DNA of 64,000 nucleotides from Octopus sinensis (Eukaryota). Made by a program: the position numbers and the translations under genes. Below the pieces are notes generated by a model. That model ran no database searches, was not told where the DNA came from, and saw nothing but the letters and a program-made list of their open reading frames with translations. This document shows positions 21,901-34,324 of this stretch, piece after piece (positions within the stretch are counted from its first letter, which is position 1; every line of letters begins with the position of its first letter). Where the stretch lies: assembly GCF_006345805.1 (NCBI RefSeq), contig NC_043014.1, forward strand, positions 16,368,001-16,432,000, read 5' to 3'.

Positions 21901-23686
21901 ATTTCTAAAATGTGTGCAATTCCATAATTTTCTGGCAGTGATTGCGGGTGGAGTGGTATGCTTGATTAAATCAACCTTGTGTTGTACTCATTTGGTGGGA
22001 CATATTTCCTCGACCTTTTGCCGACTTTGGCGAGAATTGAACCCAAAAATACAATCATTTTTGTTTACCACTTTGCCAATAAGTCAACTATTGGCCCAAT
22101 ATGAATAATGTGATTAATATGAGTAAAATAATAATTTCTTTCATCTTCCACACGGGTGGCGGCAAATAACTACGTAATTATATAATGCACTTCAATTAGT
22201 ATTTTCACGTCCAAAATTAAAGGAAAAAAAAAAACACGTCAGTTGTGCTACTGGGTTATATAATAAACATTATTATTCTATACGTGGGGGGTGGGTTGTC
22301 AGAACCGCTGGAGTGCCAGCCAGACAATATATTCACTATTTAGTTACACCCAGAGTTCAAAAATCCACACACACACACATAAACAGGTGATTCCAACCAG
22401 GGTCTGTGTGCATGAGCGTGTGTGTTGATGGGGGTATGACTGCCGATGGGTGGATTGATGGAATGTAAGGACTCTGCATTACCTTAAAAAAAAATTCCTG
22501 GGATATATAAAATAATTTAAATCGACTAAAAATCTTCCGAAACAGAGCTCCAGTATGGCCAGACGAGGCAACCATAGACAACAGAAGCAGGCGTGGCTGT
22601 GTGGTAAAAGCCTACTTCCAAACCACATGGTTCTGGGTTCGGTCCAACTGCGTGACACACCTTAAGGAAGTGCTTCTGTTAAAGCCCCGCCCGCCGACCA
22701 AAGCCTTGTGTGCGAATTGGTAGCTTGTGTAAATACATATACTCGTTAGTGTGTTTTATTTATATACAGTCACTCAGAAGCTCGGCAAAAAAGGAACTTA
22801 TAGGAAGATACTAGGTTTAGAAATAAGTGCCGGGGTCGATTTGTTCGACTAACCCTTCCAAGGAAGTGCCCCAGCATTTCCGCCAGTCGATTCATCCGTT
22901 CTCGGCAAACATTAAAAAGCATATAAATTTGAAAAACAAAACAAAAAAAAAAAAACACTTAAAAACCAATGCTTCAGAGAGAAAGTCACTAAAATACATG
23001 TGAAAACTTGTACAAATCATTATTAAAACATACAGGCTAAGAATTTTGAAATGCTTTTCGTTTAGGGATCTTTAGCCGCATGTTCTGGAACCAACTGTCG
23101 ATGAAAAGTGAGGCGTGCTCCTGTGTATGTGTAAGGATATATGTGTGCTTGCGTTCCGATGTTGTTTCCTTTACACATGGAAACGAAGCAGATGTGATAG
23201 TATAGTAATACACATCTCTTTGTCTCTTTTAAGTTTCAGTCACGAGATTCTGGTCACGATGAGGTACAACAATTAAAAATTTCACGGATCATAGCAATCC
23301 GAGTACTTATCGTTCCCTATTTGACGAACAGCAAAGTTACGAGACAAGTTAGCAGGTTAGAGAAGTTAGTGTGGGTGTAACCTGATGTCATAAGAATCTC
23401 TAAATTTCCGAAAGAACGTGAAGTCATTTTTGGGAACAGTGGATCTCGAAGCACTTAAGCTATAATCACATGCAAATATTGGGTTGAAAAACCCCCTTCG
23501 ATAGAAAAGGGTTGAAGGCTGCTGCGCTCTGAAATCCACAGTTCCAATATATACATATCCTACACATTTTTTTCCCTCCTCAATCTTTCTGTGTTTGACT
23601 TTACCATTCTTCTCGAGAGTCAAACTAAAACACCTACTTGTTCCCGTCACCTGTCTTCGCTTTTTGTCTTCTGTAAATAGGAACTA

Positions 23687-23819
23687 TAACAGAGTGATTC
23701 AAAAGTCACCATACATAAGAACAATTTTTTTTTTATAAGAAACAGTTTTTTAAAAATTAACTGTTTCTTATAAAAAAAAAAATTTTTCCTATGTATGGTG
23801 ATTTTTCAATCACCCTGTA
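23687..23819. mobile_element. Palindromic Tc1/mariner-type MITE
   Basis: cagagtgattcaaaagtcaccatacata / tatgtatggtgatttttcaatcaccctgta; nearly the whole element folds back, with TA ends. Confidence 0.8.
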
Positions 23820-23840
23820 TATATTTTTTCTCTCTTGTTT

Positions 23841-23876
23841 CTTTCTGTGGAAGAGCGTAGGCTCGAAACATAAAAG
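23841..23876 (+). ncRNA. Degenerate minimal type-I hammerhead-like motif in a Penelope-like repeat end
   Basis: CUUU-CUGUGGA-A-GAGC(GUAG)GCUC-GAA-ACAU-A-AAAG. Stems I and II pair; the core has A6U and stem III is damaged. Confidence 0.5.
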
Positions 23877-23995
23877 ACTTTTTCAATTCCTGAGCGTTAT
23901 ACTAATACATCTGTTTGTTTTCTACACCACCTGTCTTCGCCTTTTGTTTTTTTTCGTGAATTTCCCTATATATATATATGTATATATATATATAT

Positions 23996-24045
<50 letters not shown>

Positions 24046-24230
24046 AGAGAGAGAGAGAGAGAGAGAGACGGAGGGAGGGGAAGGTACAGTGTCCGAATAG
24101 CGACATAAAGAAGGACCTCCAGTGCGAACCAGAAAATAGATGTTTATACATGCGTCCATAATATATAGTTTCAACATACATGGAACAAAAAAAAATTAAC
24201 CATCTTATACAACATGAAATACATATGTAA

Positions 24231-24270
<40 letters not shown>

Positions 24271-24286
24271 GCACGTGTTGTGTGAG

Positions 24287-24337
<51 letters not shown>

Positions 24338-24359
24338 TATAATATATATACATATACTT

Positions 24360-24645
24360 TATTTAAAGCAGCAGAAAATTTAACAAAAACCTGTTACTCT
24401 GAGTTTCCCGTTGCCGTTCATCGGACAGTTTTGCTAGCAAAAACTGTTTCTGCTGCTTTAGATAAAGCATATTACTCTACCACTGGTATTTGAGTACTAC
24501 CGGAGTAAAAAAACACATAATGTGAAACAAGGTGGAAAAAAGAGTACTCAAATACCAGTGGTAGAGTAATATGCTTTAGTTAAAGCAGCAGAAACAGTTT
24601 TGCTAGCAAAAAACTGTCCGATGAACGGCAACGGGAAACTCAGAA
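24360..24645. mobile_element. Penelope-like repeat end in inverted arrangement (arms 24400-24498 / 24543-24643)
   Basis: Near-perfect ~100-bp inverted arms; same family as 53272-53425. Confidence 0.65.
24392..24429 (-). ncRNA. Minimal type-I hammerhead-like motif
   Basis: CUGU-CCGAUGA-ACG(GCAA)CGG-GAA-ACU(CAG)AGU-A-ACAG; one stem II mismatch and a U4C core variant. Confidence 0.55.
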
Positions 24646-24927
24646 AAATATAGCTAGATAATTTGTTTTTTCTTCTTACCCTTATCTGGTGTTTATGTCC
24701 TTGTATCTGGGGGCCGACCGTAAACGGGTACGTAATGTAACTTCCTGCTTATATGTTTGTTGGACGGTGAGAAATTTCAATGTCAGCTGTCTCCTATGAC
24801 TATAACCATGTCCACTCATAATAGCTAAACAAAATTTAACAGAACATTGCTTATTGTTCACATCGCTTGTCTGGTACGAAATCCCAATAAAACACTTTCC
24901 CATCTAAAGGTGAATTTTTGCCTTGTA

Positions 24928-25125
24928 TACGAGGGGTTGCTGAAAAGTTCCTGGCTTTGAGTAAAAGGAAATACAGAAGGATCAGTGGTTATGATTTATA
25001 CAATGTATATTGTATTGTTAACAGTCCTTCAGCTTTTCTAGGCCCTGTACGAGATCTCGGAAGGTTGAGCCTCAAGCCGGCCTTTCGACGACCCTAGAGG
25101 CGGGAATTTTTCAGCATCCCTCGTG
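24928..25125. mobile_element. Mariner-derived MITE
   Basis: TIRs tacgaggggttgctgaaaagtt / aatttttcagcatccctcgtg. Confidence 0.7.
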
Positions 25126-25448
25126 TGTGTGTGTGTTGTGTGTGTGTGTGTGTAACAAAACAGGAGGTATTTTCCACGCAGGAAAAAATTTAGGAAAATT
25201 TGTTGTTGAAAATGCACCTAAATTTGAAAAACTTGTAATTGTTTTAAATAAATATATATACACACATACCAAACTAGTTTCAACGCTATTTTTTGTTTGT
25301 CAAGTGGTAAAAATTTAAATTATGAATTAGGAAAACATGTTTAAAAGTTTCAATAATATCAAATATAATTAAAATATTCATAACATTTAAATAATATAAA
25401 ATGGTGGATCATCTGTTTAAATGCACAAAATTCAATAAAATGGAAGTG

Positions 25449-25479
<31 letters not shown>

Positions 25480-25542
25480 GACGCGGTGTATCGTTGGCGA
25501 TTTTTTTTCCGTTTCCCTTCCTTGGACCTTTCCTTTTCCTAT

Positions 25543-25577
25543 GTTTCTCACGAAGAGCTCCGCTCGACACGTTAAAT
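25543..25577 (+). ncRNA. Decayed minimal hammerhead-like motif in a Penelope-like end (25481-25690)
   Basis: GUUU-CUCACGA-A-GAGC(UCC)GCUC-GAC-ACGU-U-AAAU, with two core substitutions. A related fragment with intact aaacgttaaac lies on the - strand at ~36050-36141. Confidence 0.45.
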
Positions 25578-25832
25578 CCCCCTTCTTTCTTTCCTTTCTT
25601 GAGCGTCCAATAACACTCTACTTGTTCCACGTCCTCGCGTAGTAATGTTTTCTCTTTGTGGTTTCATGTTTGGATTAACTATATATATATATTACGGAGA
25701 TGTACTTGCATAGCGAGTGACTTGATCTGAAATCGTGTGCTGGAACGAAAACAATTGCAGCGTGGAAGGTGTTTATAAGCCATTTAAGAAACACACAAAA
25801 ACCGTTAGATTCACTTCAACATTTAAATTTAA

Positions 25833-25883
25833 TTTGTCAAAATATTTTCGTCGCTTTGAGTCCGCGACCCGTTCAATGACAAA
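25833..25883 (-). ncRNA. Minimal type-I hammerhead-like motif, variant core
   Basis: UUUGUCA-UUGAACG-G-GUCGC(GGACUCAAA)GCGAC-GAA-AAUAUU-U-UGACAAA: 7-bp stem I, 5-bp stem II and a palindromic stem III. Confidence 0.55.
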
Positions 25884-25913
25884 ACTTCGTGCTGCATGTG
25901 TGTGTGTATATAT

Positions 25914-25991
<78 letters not shown>

Positions 25992-26776
25992 AACACAACA
26001 AACACTTATCTGCCGTTTTCTTTCGTTTTCAGGATGATAGGCCTGCAATCAGGTGGGGGTGGTAGGGTAGCAGAATCGTTAATGAAGATGAACAAAAAGA
26101 TTAGCAATATTCTTCCGGTTCTTTCCCTTCTCTGTTCAAATTCCGCCAAGTTAATTTTACCTTTCATCTTTTCGTGCTCGATAAAATAATTATCAGTTGA
26201 GCACTCGGGTTGATGTAATCAACCAACCTCTTTCCAGCAAAAGTACTGACCTTGTGCCAAAATTTGAAGATATTATTACATTTTAGCACATCTGACAAAA
26301 TGATTGATAATATTTTTTTTTTGTTATTTGCGTTTCGATTTCAAATGCCGCTTTCATAGTTTTGGGGCCGATAAATTAGTTCTAGCTGAGCACTGGAGTC
26401 GATGTCATCGACTTCACCCACCTAAAAAATTGCAGGCTTTGAGCCAAAATTAGAAAACAAAATAAAAAATTAGTAAGCTGTAATTTGAAAGACACTAACT
26501 GCAATTTCTGCATACGGAACATTCACATGCATTTTGCCATTAACCCCGTCAGGATTTAGAAATTTATAAAATATCGGTTATATGCTATATTCAGTTCAAA
26601 TGACAACTTCTGGATCTGTTCCAACTTTAGAATTAGTCGAGCACTAATGGAATCGTACTGATAGCTATTTAATTTCACTCACATTCCGAGTTTAAATACT
26701 GACGGCGCTGACATTGACTTTATATTCCTGTATTAGTAAAATGAATACCAGTCATATACTGGATTGATATTGCATA

Positions 26777-27270
26777 TACAGGGTCAGGCAAAATGATCTG
26801 ACACTCTGTAGGTTAAATAAAAGGCAAATGAAGTAAAGAAACAAAAGAGTGTTTTTATCATTGAAAAGTACATATAATGCCATTTGTTTCATTATGTTTT
26901 TAAAAATTAAATCAGTCAAATGGGATCCATTATTGTCCACACCCTGTCGAGGCGTTAACGAAAGTTGTCAATAACTCGGCGGGTCATTTCATGTGGAATG
27001 GCAGTAATTCTTGACGAATTGCATCTTTAAGTGGTTCAATAGGTCGAGGGCGATTAATGTATACCTTTGACTTGAGGTATCCCCAGAGAAAAAATCGCAC
27101 GGATTTAAATAGGTGAACGGGCGGGCCAACCGATGTCACCAGCAATGAGATCAAATGACCAGGGAACATATTCCTCAAAATCCCCATCCCACGTCGAGAA
27201 GTGTGGGCTGTTGCCCCATCCTGTTGAAACCAAACATTGTCCATATCGTGGAGCATATTCAATTTTGTCT
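26777..27270 (-). mobile_element. 3' fragment of a Tc1/mariner DD41D (rosa-type) transposon
   Basis: WFQQDGATAHT...FPGHLISL.GDIGWPARSP.LNPCDFFLWGYLKSKVY gives 41 residues between the 2nd and 3rd catalytic D after repairing two 1-nt deletions. TIR tacagggt at 26777. Confidence 0.85.
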
Positions 27271-27599
27271 GAGAAAAGTCTCTGATTTAAATCCGTGCGA
27301 TTTTTTCTCTGTGTCTTTGCTATAGCCCCGGGCCGACCTATGCCTTGTGAGTGGATTTGGTAGACGGAAACTGAAAGAGCCGTCGTATATATGTATATAT
27401 ATATATGTGTGTGCGTGTATGCTTGTGTGTCTGTGTTAGTCCCCCTAGCATTGTGTGTGTTTACGTTCCCGTTACTTAGCGGTTCGGCAAAAGAGACCGA
27501 TAGAAAAAGTACTGGGCTTACAAAAGAATAGGTCCCGGGGTCGAGTTGCTCGATTAAAGGCGCGGTCAAATGATGAAACGAGTAAAAGAGTAGTGTGTG

Positions 27600-27730
27600 T
27601 GTATATATATAATATATATATGCGTATGGTGTGTGTATGTGTGCGGGTAAAATACATATGTAGTTATGTATGCATGTATGTAGATATTATATACATATAT
27701 AATATTATATATATAGATTATAACATATAT

Positions 27731-27762
<32 letters not shown>

Positions 27763-28074
27763 CATTATATATATATATAACAAATATATATATATTAACA
27801 TATATATATAGATACATAGCATATATATATACCTATATATTATATATATAGATATATATATATATATATATACATATATATACTATATATATTATTATAT
27901 ATTACAATATATATATATATATATATATATATACATTATTTATATTATTACATATTATATATATATACATACCTATATATATATACATATAATATATATA
28001 CTTATATATATATAACATATATATATATATATATATATACAATATATAATACATATATATATTATATACATATA

Positions 28075-28126
<52 letters not shown>

Positions 28127-28230
28127 TATATTAATATATAATTATATGTATATATATATATACATATAATATATACATATATATATACTATATACTATAT
28201 TATATATATATAATATATATATATTATATG

Positions 28231-28267
<37 letters not shown>

Positions 28268-28351
28268 GATACATATATATAATATATATATATAGATATA
28301 TTATATATATATATATCATATATAACATATATTATATATATATATCTATAT

Positions 28352-28405
<54 letters not shown>

Positions 28406-28506
28406 TATATATATATATATATATCTATATTATACATAATATATATCTATATATATATATATTGATATACATATATATATATAATATATATTATATTATA
28501 TATACA

Positions 28507-28537
<31 letters not shown>

Positions 28538-28607
28538 CAATATATATATATATATATATATCTATATATATATATATAGATATATATATATATATAATAT
28601 ACATATA

Positions 28608-28661
<54 letters not shown>

Positions 28662-28677
28662 CATATAGAATATATAC

Positions 28678-28708
<31 letters not shown>

Positions 28709-28830
28709 CATATATATATAATTATATCATATATATATATACTATAATATATATATATATATTATATATATATTACTATACATATATATAATATAGATAT
28801 ATATGTATAGATATATAGATAGATCATGTA
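27600..28830. repeat. Irregular ~1.2-kb (TA)n tract
   Basis: Directly visible; many single-base irregularities. Confidence 0.95.
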
Positions 28831-29169
28831 TGTGTGTATATCTGTGTGTGTATATGTGTGCGTCTATATGGTGTACATAATACATACATACATTATATAC
28901 ATTGAAGCCTAACAGTGTTACCAAAAAAGACATAAGTTTGGAACGGTTCCACAGGACAAAGCTACATCATTCTTGCGCATTTTCCCGGCCATGTTACGAA
29001 TAACAAAACATACCAAACTCACAGCATGAGACATTAAAATCTTACATTAACAGCTTCAAAGAACGCTAGATCTTCGATTGCCTAAGATTTCTGCGTAGGT
29101 GGAATGGCAAGAAGGGACGCGTCCTTTTTATACTCAGAGGGTAGCAATACAAGGATTAACAAAAGTAAT

Positions 29170-29731
29170 TATTCTAAATCTTAAAATTGATTAAATCTCA
29201 AATTATGCATGGAAGTAGAGTAGATCTATAATAAAGCATTACCACTGCGTAACAAAAAACTTTTTTTTGGTGTTAATGGTGGGGGCGCTTGACAGTAAGT
29301 GTTATTTTCCTATTTTCTTTTTTAGAAATCAAGGAAACTTACTACTATTCTTTTCAAACATGCATTTTGTGACATCGACGCAATGTTGAAACTGACCTAT
29401 CTTCCATATATTCAGACAAACTCCGCGCTGAGTAGCCGAACAGAAATATCGTTTTAGCAAAAAACCTACTATTCTAAATCTTTAAAATTGATAAATTCAA
29501 ATTATGCAATAGAAATAGATCTATAATAAAGCATTACACTGCGTAACAAAAACTTTTTTTGGTGTTAATGGTGGGCCTTTGACCAGTAAGTGTTTATTTC
29601 CTATTTTCTTTATCTAGAAATCAAAGGAAACTACTACTATTCTTTTTGAAACTGACCTATCTTCCATTATATTTCATACAAATCAGCGCTGAGTAGCCGA
29701 AGCAGAAATATCGTTTTAGCAAAAACTCTAC
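29170..29731. repeat. Tandem duplication with ~300-bp period (29170-29469 / 29470-29731)
   Basis: attctaaatctt..aaattgat..ctataataaagcatt..gctgagtagccgaa.cagaaatatcgttttagcaaaa is repeated; differences are mostly 1-bp indels plus one ~35-bp gap. Confidence 0.85.
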
Positions 29732-30660
29732 TTGACCTCAGCAACTTGAGCATGTCCCATAGCGGCTGACATTATGTGCTTCTCTGATCATGACCAGGAA
29801 TAGTGGGGGGAACATTATAGCCATGTGTTGAGAGGCATTCTTTGGGGGTAACAAAGAATGTAACAAAAGCAAAGATTTAAGGGAATATTAGCCACTTTTG
29901 AAACTTTCTAGGGGTAAGCTAAGCAAAGAGTAAATGCAGTTGCTATCCAAGGACAAGAATCGTGTTACACAGTGTTATCATACTTAAAGTACATCATACT
30001 TAAATTTTTGTGTAGTTCAAACGCCAGCAGCTGCGGTTTTCGTCCGGGATATTTCCTCAATAAACGTAGTGTTAAAGGACACGCTATACTTCAGCGATTT
30101 CGTTTCGTCAAGCTCTGAAGTAGGTTGTGTTCTTTAATGCAATTACGTCTATAAAGGAATTTTTCCGGACGAAAGCGCAGCTTCTGGAGTTTCAACCACA
30201 CACACACGTTAAAGTATATCGATGTTTTCTGGTGTCCCACTGATGCAGCTGATTGTCGTCCCAGGGAGAGCAAATAACACGTTGGATGCGATTACTTCAA
30301 AAGAGGAAGCTGATAGAATGAAATGTCTAAGGAGAGAAGAAAACTGATATCGAAGATTCATGAACGCTGAACGCAGCTGTACGCCAAATCTCATACCTTC
30401 AACTTTCTTTTCAGGGTTTCTACAATCATTTTAGAACACATAAATCACGACATTGAGAGATGGAAATGATTATGATGATGATAAGTGCAGGCATGGTTGT
30501 GCGGTTTAGAAGTTCGCTTCGCAACATGTAGTTTCGGGTTCATTCTTACTGCCCGAAACTTTGAGCAAGTGTCTTTTGCAATATACCCTGGCCAACCAAT
30601 GCCCTGTGAATGAATTTAGCTGACGGAAACTATGAGAAAGCCTATCATGTATATATATAT

Positions 30661-33600
30661 ATCATCATCATCATCATCATCATCGTTTAACGTCCGCTTT
30701 CCGCGCTAGCACGGGTTGGACGGTTCGACCGGGTCTGGGAAGCCAGGGGCCGCTCCAGGCTCCAGTCTGAATCTGGCAGAGTTTCTACGGCTGGATGCCC
30801 TTCCTAACGCCAACCACTCCGTGAGTGGATTGGGTGCTTTTTACGTGCCACCTGCACAGGGGCCGGAGGGTCCGGCATCGTCACGATCGGTTCGAGCATT
30901 TTAACGTGTCAGCGGCACGGGGGCAACGAGGTCCGGGGTACTTTGGGGATCGGGGTACTTTGGGAATCCAGGGTACTTTGGGGATCCGGGGTACTTAGAA
31001 TGGGTAGGGGTATGTGGAATTGCTGCAGAAAGCAGCCCGGGTCTTTGTAGTCACAGCATATCTCCAGAGATCTCGGTCCTTCGCCATTGCCTCAGTGAGG
31101 CCCAATGCTCTGAGGTCATGCTTGACCACCTCATCCCATGTCTTCCTGGGTCTACCTCTCCCCCTGATACCTTCAACTGTTTGGGAGTGGCACTTCTTCA
31201 CACATCTCTCTTCATCCATCCGCAGCACATGACCATACCATCGCAAGCGTCGCTCTTGCACACCACATCTGATGCTTCTTATATCCAGCATTTCTCTCAG
31301 GATACTTACACTCTGTTTGCGTGCACACTGACACTACACATCCAGCGGATCATGCTAGCTTCATTTCTTTCAAGTCTACGCATGTCTTCTGCAGTCACAG
31401 CCCATGTTTCATTACCGTGAAGCATGGCAGTTCGCACACATGCATCATACAATCTACCTTTTGCTCTGAGGGAGAGACCTTTTGTTGCCAGTAGGGGTAG
31501 GAGCTTTCTGAACTTTGCCCAGGCTATTCGTATTCTAGTGGTGATACTCTCTGTGCATCCACCTCCGCTACTAACTTGGTCACCCAGGTAGCGGAAACTA
31601 TCAACTACTTCTAGTTTCTCTCCCTGGAGTGTGATGGAATCTGTTTTCTGAGTGTCTGTTGTGTCTATTGTCCCTGTGCATCTGCCGCACATGAAAGCTA
31701 TCTTATCTGTTAATTTCCCTTTAATGTTGCTGCACACCTCTTATGTGTCCATAACTTACATTGGGTGCATCTTATGGAGTTTCTACCTGTACCTTTCCTA
31801 CAGGTTGAGCAGGGCCACCTACCCGAGGGGATGTGTGCTGAGTACCTCTTGCTGCTTACTAATACTTTGGTCTTTGCTACATTTATTCTAAGGCCCTTTG
31901 ATTCCAACCCTTGCTTCCACACCCGAAATTTCTCTTCTAGTTCCGGTAGTGATTCTGCTATGAGAGCTAGGTCATCGGCATAGAGGAGCTCCCAGGGGCA
32001 TCCCGTTTTGAATTCCTCTGTTATTGCCTGAAGGACTATGATGAATAAAAGGGGACTGAGGGCTGAGCCCTGGTGCACACCTACTTCTACCCGGAATTCT
32101 TCACTATATTCGTTGCCAATCCTAACCTTGCTGACAGCCTCTCTGTATAGAGCCTGTACAGCCCTTATTAGCCATTCTTCAATCTCCAGTTTCCGCATCG
32201 ACCACCAGATAAGGGAACGGGGAACCCTGTCAAAGGCTTTCTCCAAGTCTACAAAAGCTATGTAGAGGGGTTTATCTTTAGCTAGGTACTTCTCCTGCAG
32301 TTGTCGGACCAGGAATATAGCATCAGTGGTGCTTCTACCTGGTACAAAACCGAACTGCATTTCATCTAAACAAATTCTCTCCCTAATGAGATTGGTTATG
32401 ACCTTCTCTGAGACCTTCATCACCTGGTCCAACAGTTTGATATCTCTGTAGTTATTTCTATCTAGAGCATCACCCTTACCCTTGTAGCAGTTGACTATGG
32501 TGCTGCTGCACCAGTCATTGGGTATGACTCCATTGTGAACTACCTGGTTTACAATGCGGGTGACTATGGCATAGCCCACATAGCCAGCTGTTTTAAGCAT
32601 CTCAGCAGTGATTCCTGATAGGCCAGGGGCTTTGCCTGGTTTCATATCCTTAATTGCCTTATCTACAAGGGAGCTGTCTATTCGGGTAGCTGGTCCCTCT
32701 ACTGGGTCAACATTTGGCAGGCTCTCCTCCTCCCATTCATTCTCCTCATTCAGCAGTCTTTCATAATGGCTTCTCCAAGCCTCTTTCTTTTCACTAGTAG
32801 TAAAAGCAAGTGCCCCATCATCCATGCGGACACATTTCTCTCCTATAACATCGCTATTTTCTCTGACACACTGTCTGGCAATCCGAAATACTTCAGCTCT
32901 TTGATCCTCGCGACGCTGGACATTGGCAAACTTCTTCTTTTCTGCTACATCTTTGGCAATGTAGACCTGCCGCCCAGCCTCCCTTTTGGCTATCTGGTAC
33001 AGTTCCCTGCTGCCCCCATCCTTCCAGGCTTTCCAGGCCCGTCTCTTTTCACAGATGGCTTTATCTACTGCACTATTCCACCACCACGTAATTCTAGGTC
33101 TGGAAGGGACTTTGCACCATCCACAGACTTGGTCTGTGGCACTCAACAAGCTGTCCCGTAGGAATTCCCAGCTACCTTCTATGTCTGACGTCTGAAGCTC
33201 CTCCTCCCTCTCATCAAATTTCTTGATGAGTATGTCCCTAAATTTCTGACCATGCGAAGGGTTCTTTAGCCTCCAAATCCTTCTTTTCTGGATTGGTTTG
33301 TTTCTTGGAGTCCTTCTGGCCTCAAGCTTAAAGTCACTGATGATTAGTCTATGCTGAGGGATACATTCTTCACCCGGGAGGGTCTTTGTATTCAAGAGCA
33401 ACCCTGCATCCCGTTGTCTGGTGAGGATGAAGTCTATTTGGCTAGCGGAGTCTCCTGACTGATAAGTTATAAGGTGGCAGACTGGCTTCTTGAAGTTAGT
33501 GTTGCAGATTGAAAGGTTACATGCATCACAGAATTCCAGCAGTCTAGTTCCCTCATCATTTCTGGTGCCAATACCATAGCCACCATGTACCCCAGTGAAG

Positions 33601-34100
33601 ATACCCGATTCCCGCCCAACATGCCCATTAAAATCTCCACCTACAAAGATGAGGTCCTTATTACTAGTCTTTGAAGTAGCCTGCAGAAGGGTATCATAAA
33701 AGTTGTCCTTCTGATCATTTGGTAGTCCCGCTTGTGGGGCATAGGCTGAGATAATCATAGCTGTGCCACCCTGTAGGACCAACCTGAGCTTAAGCACTCT
33801 ATCACAAACCCTGACAACCTCTATGACCTTATCCACCCATTCCTCCGCAAGGAGAATGCCTACACCCCCTACACCTTCCGCGTTACCTTGCCAGTAGAGT
33901 TTGTACCTAAGTGCCTTGCCCGTGAGGACCCTAGCCGAAGCATCTCTCCATCTTACCTCTTGTATGCAGCATACATCAACCTGTCTTCTCTCTAGCATCT
34001 CTACAATCTCACTAGACTTGCCTGTCAATGTACCAACATTGATAGTGCCAACTCTGAAAACTGGGAAGGAGATGTGGGGAGGACGGGGGGGATTCGGCGC
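30661..34100 (-). mobile_element. Near full-length RTE-clade LINE (APE endonuclease, RT, Cys-rich finger, 3' UTR, (ATG)n tail)
   Basis: 772-aa ORF 34028-31710 carries GT.NVGT, CIQE, SAYAPQ, GGDFNGH, IDFIL, QHRL, KAPG, NYRDIKLL, QFGF, DLEKAFD, GVHQGSALSP, YADD and CSTC..CTQC..HKRC. It continues through two frameshifts (~31735, ~31310) to 30995. Confidence 0.96.
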
Positions 34101-34324
34101 CTGAGAAGAGGAGGGTTGTTGTGGTGGTGATAGTTTTCGTGGTATTTTTCTTTTGATATATATATATATATATATTATTATTATTATATATATATATTAT
34201 TATTATTATTATTATTATTAATAATAATAAGAAGAAGAAGAAGAAGGAGGGGGAGGAGGAGGAGAAGAAGAAGAAGAGAAGAAGAAGAAGAAGAAGAAGA
34301 AGCAGAAGAAGAAGAAGAAGAAGC

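Noticed and set aside
30030-30181. 17-bp inverted repeat with a ggacgaaa motif as a hammerhead
   Set aside because: No CUGANGA-like core precedes the stem; left unclassified.
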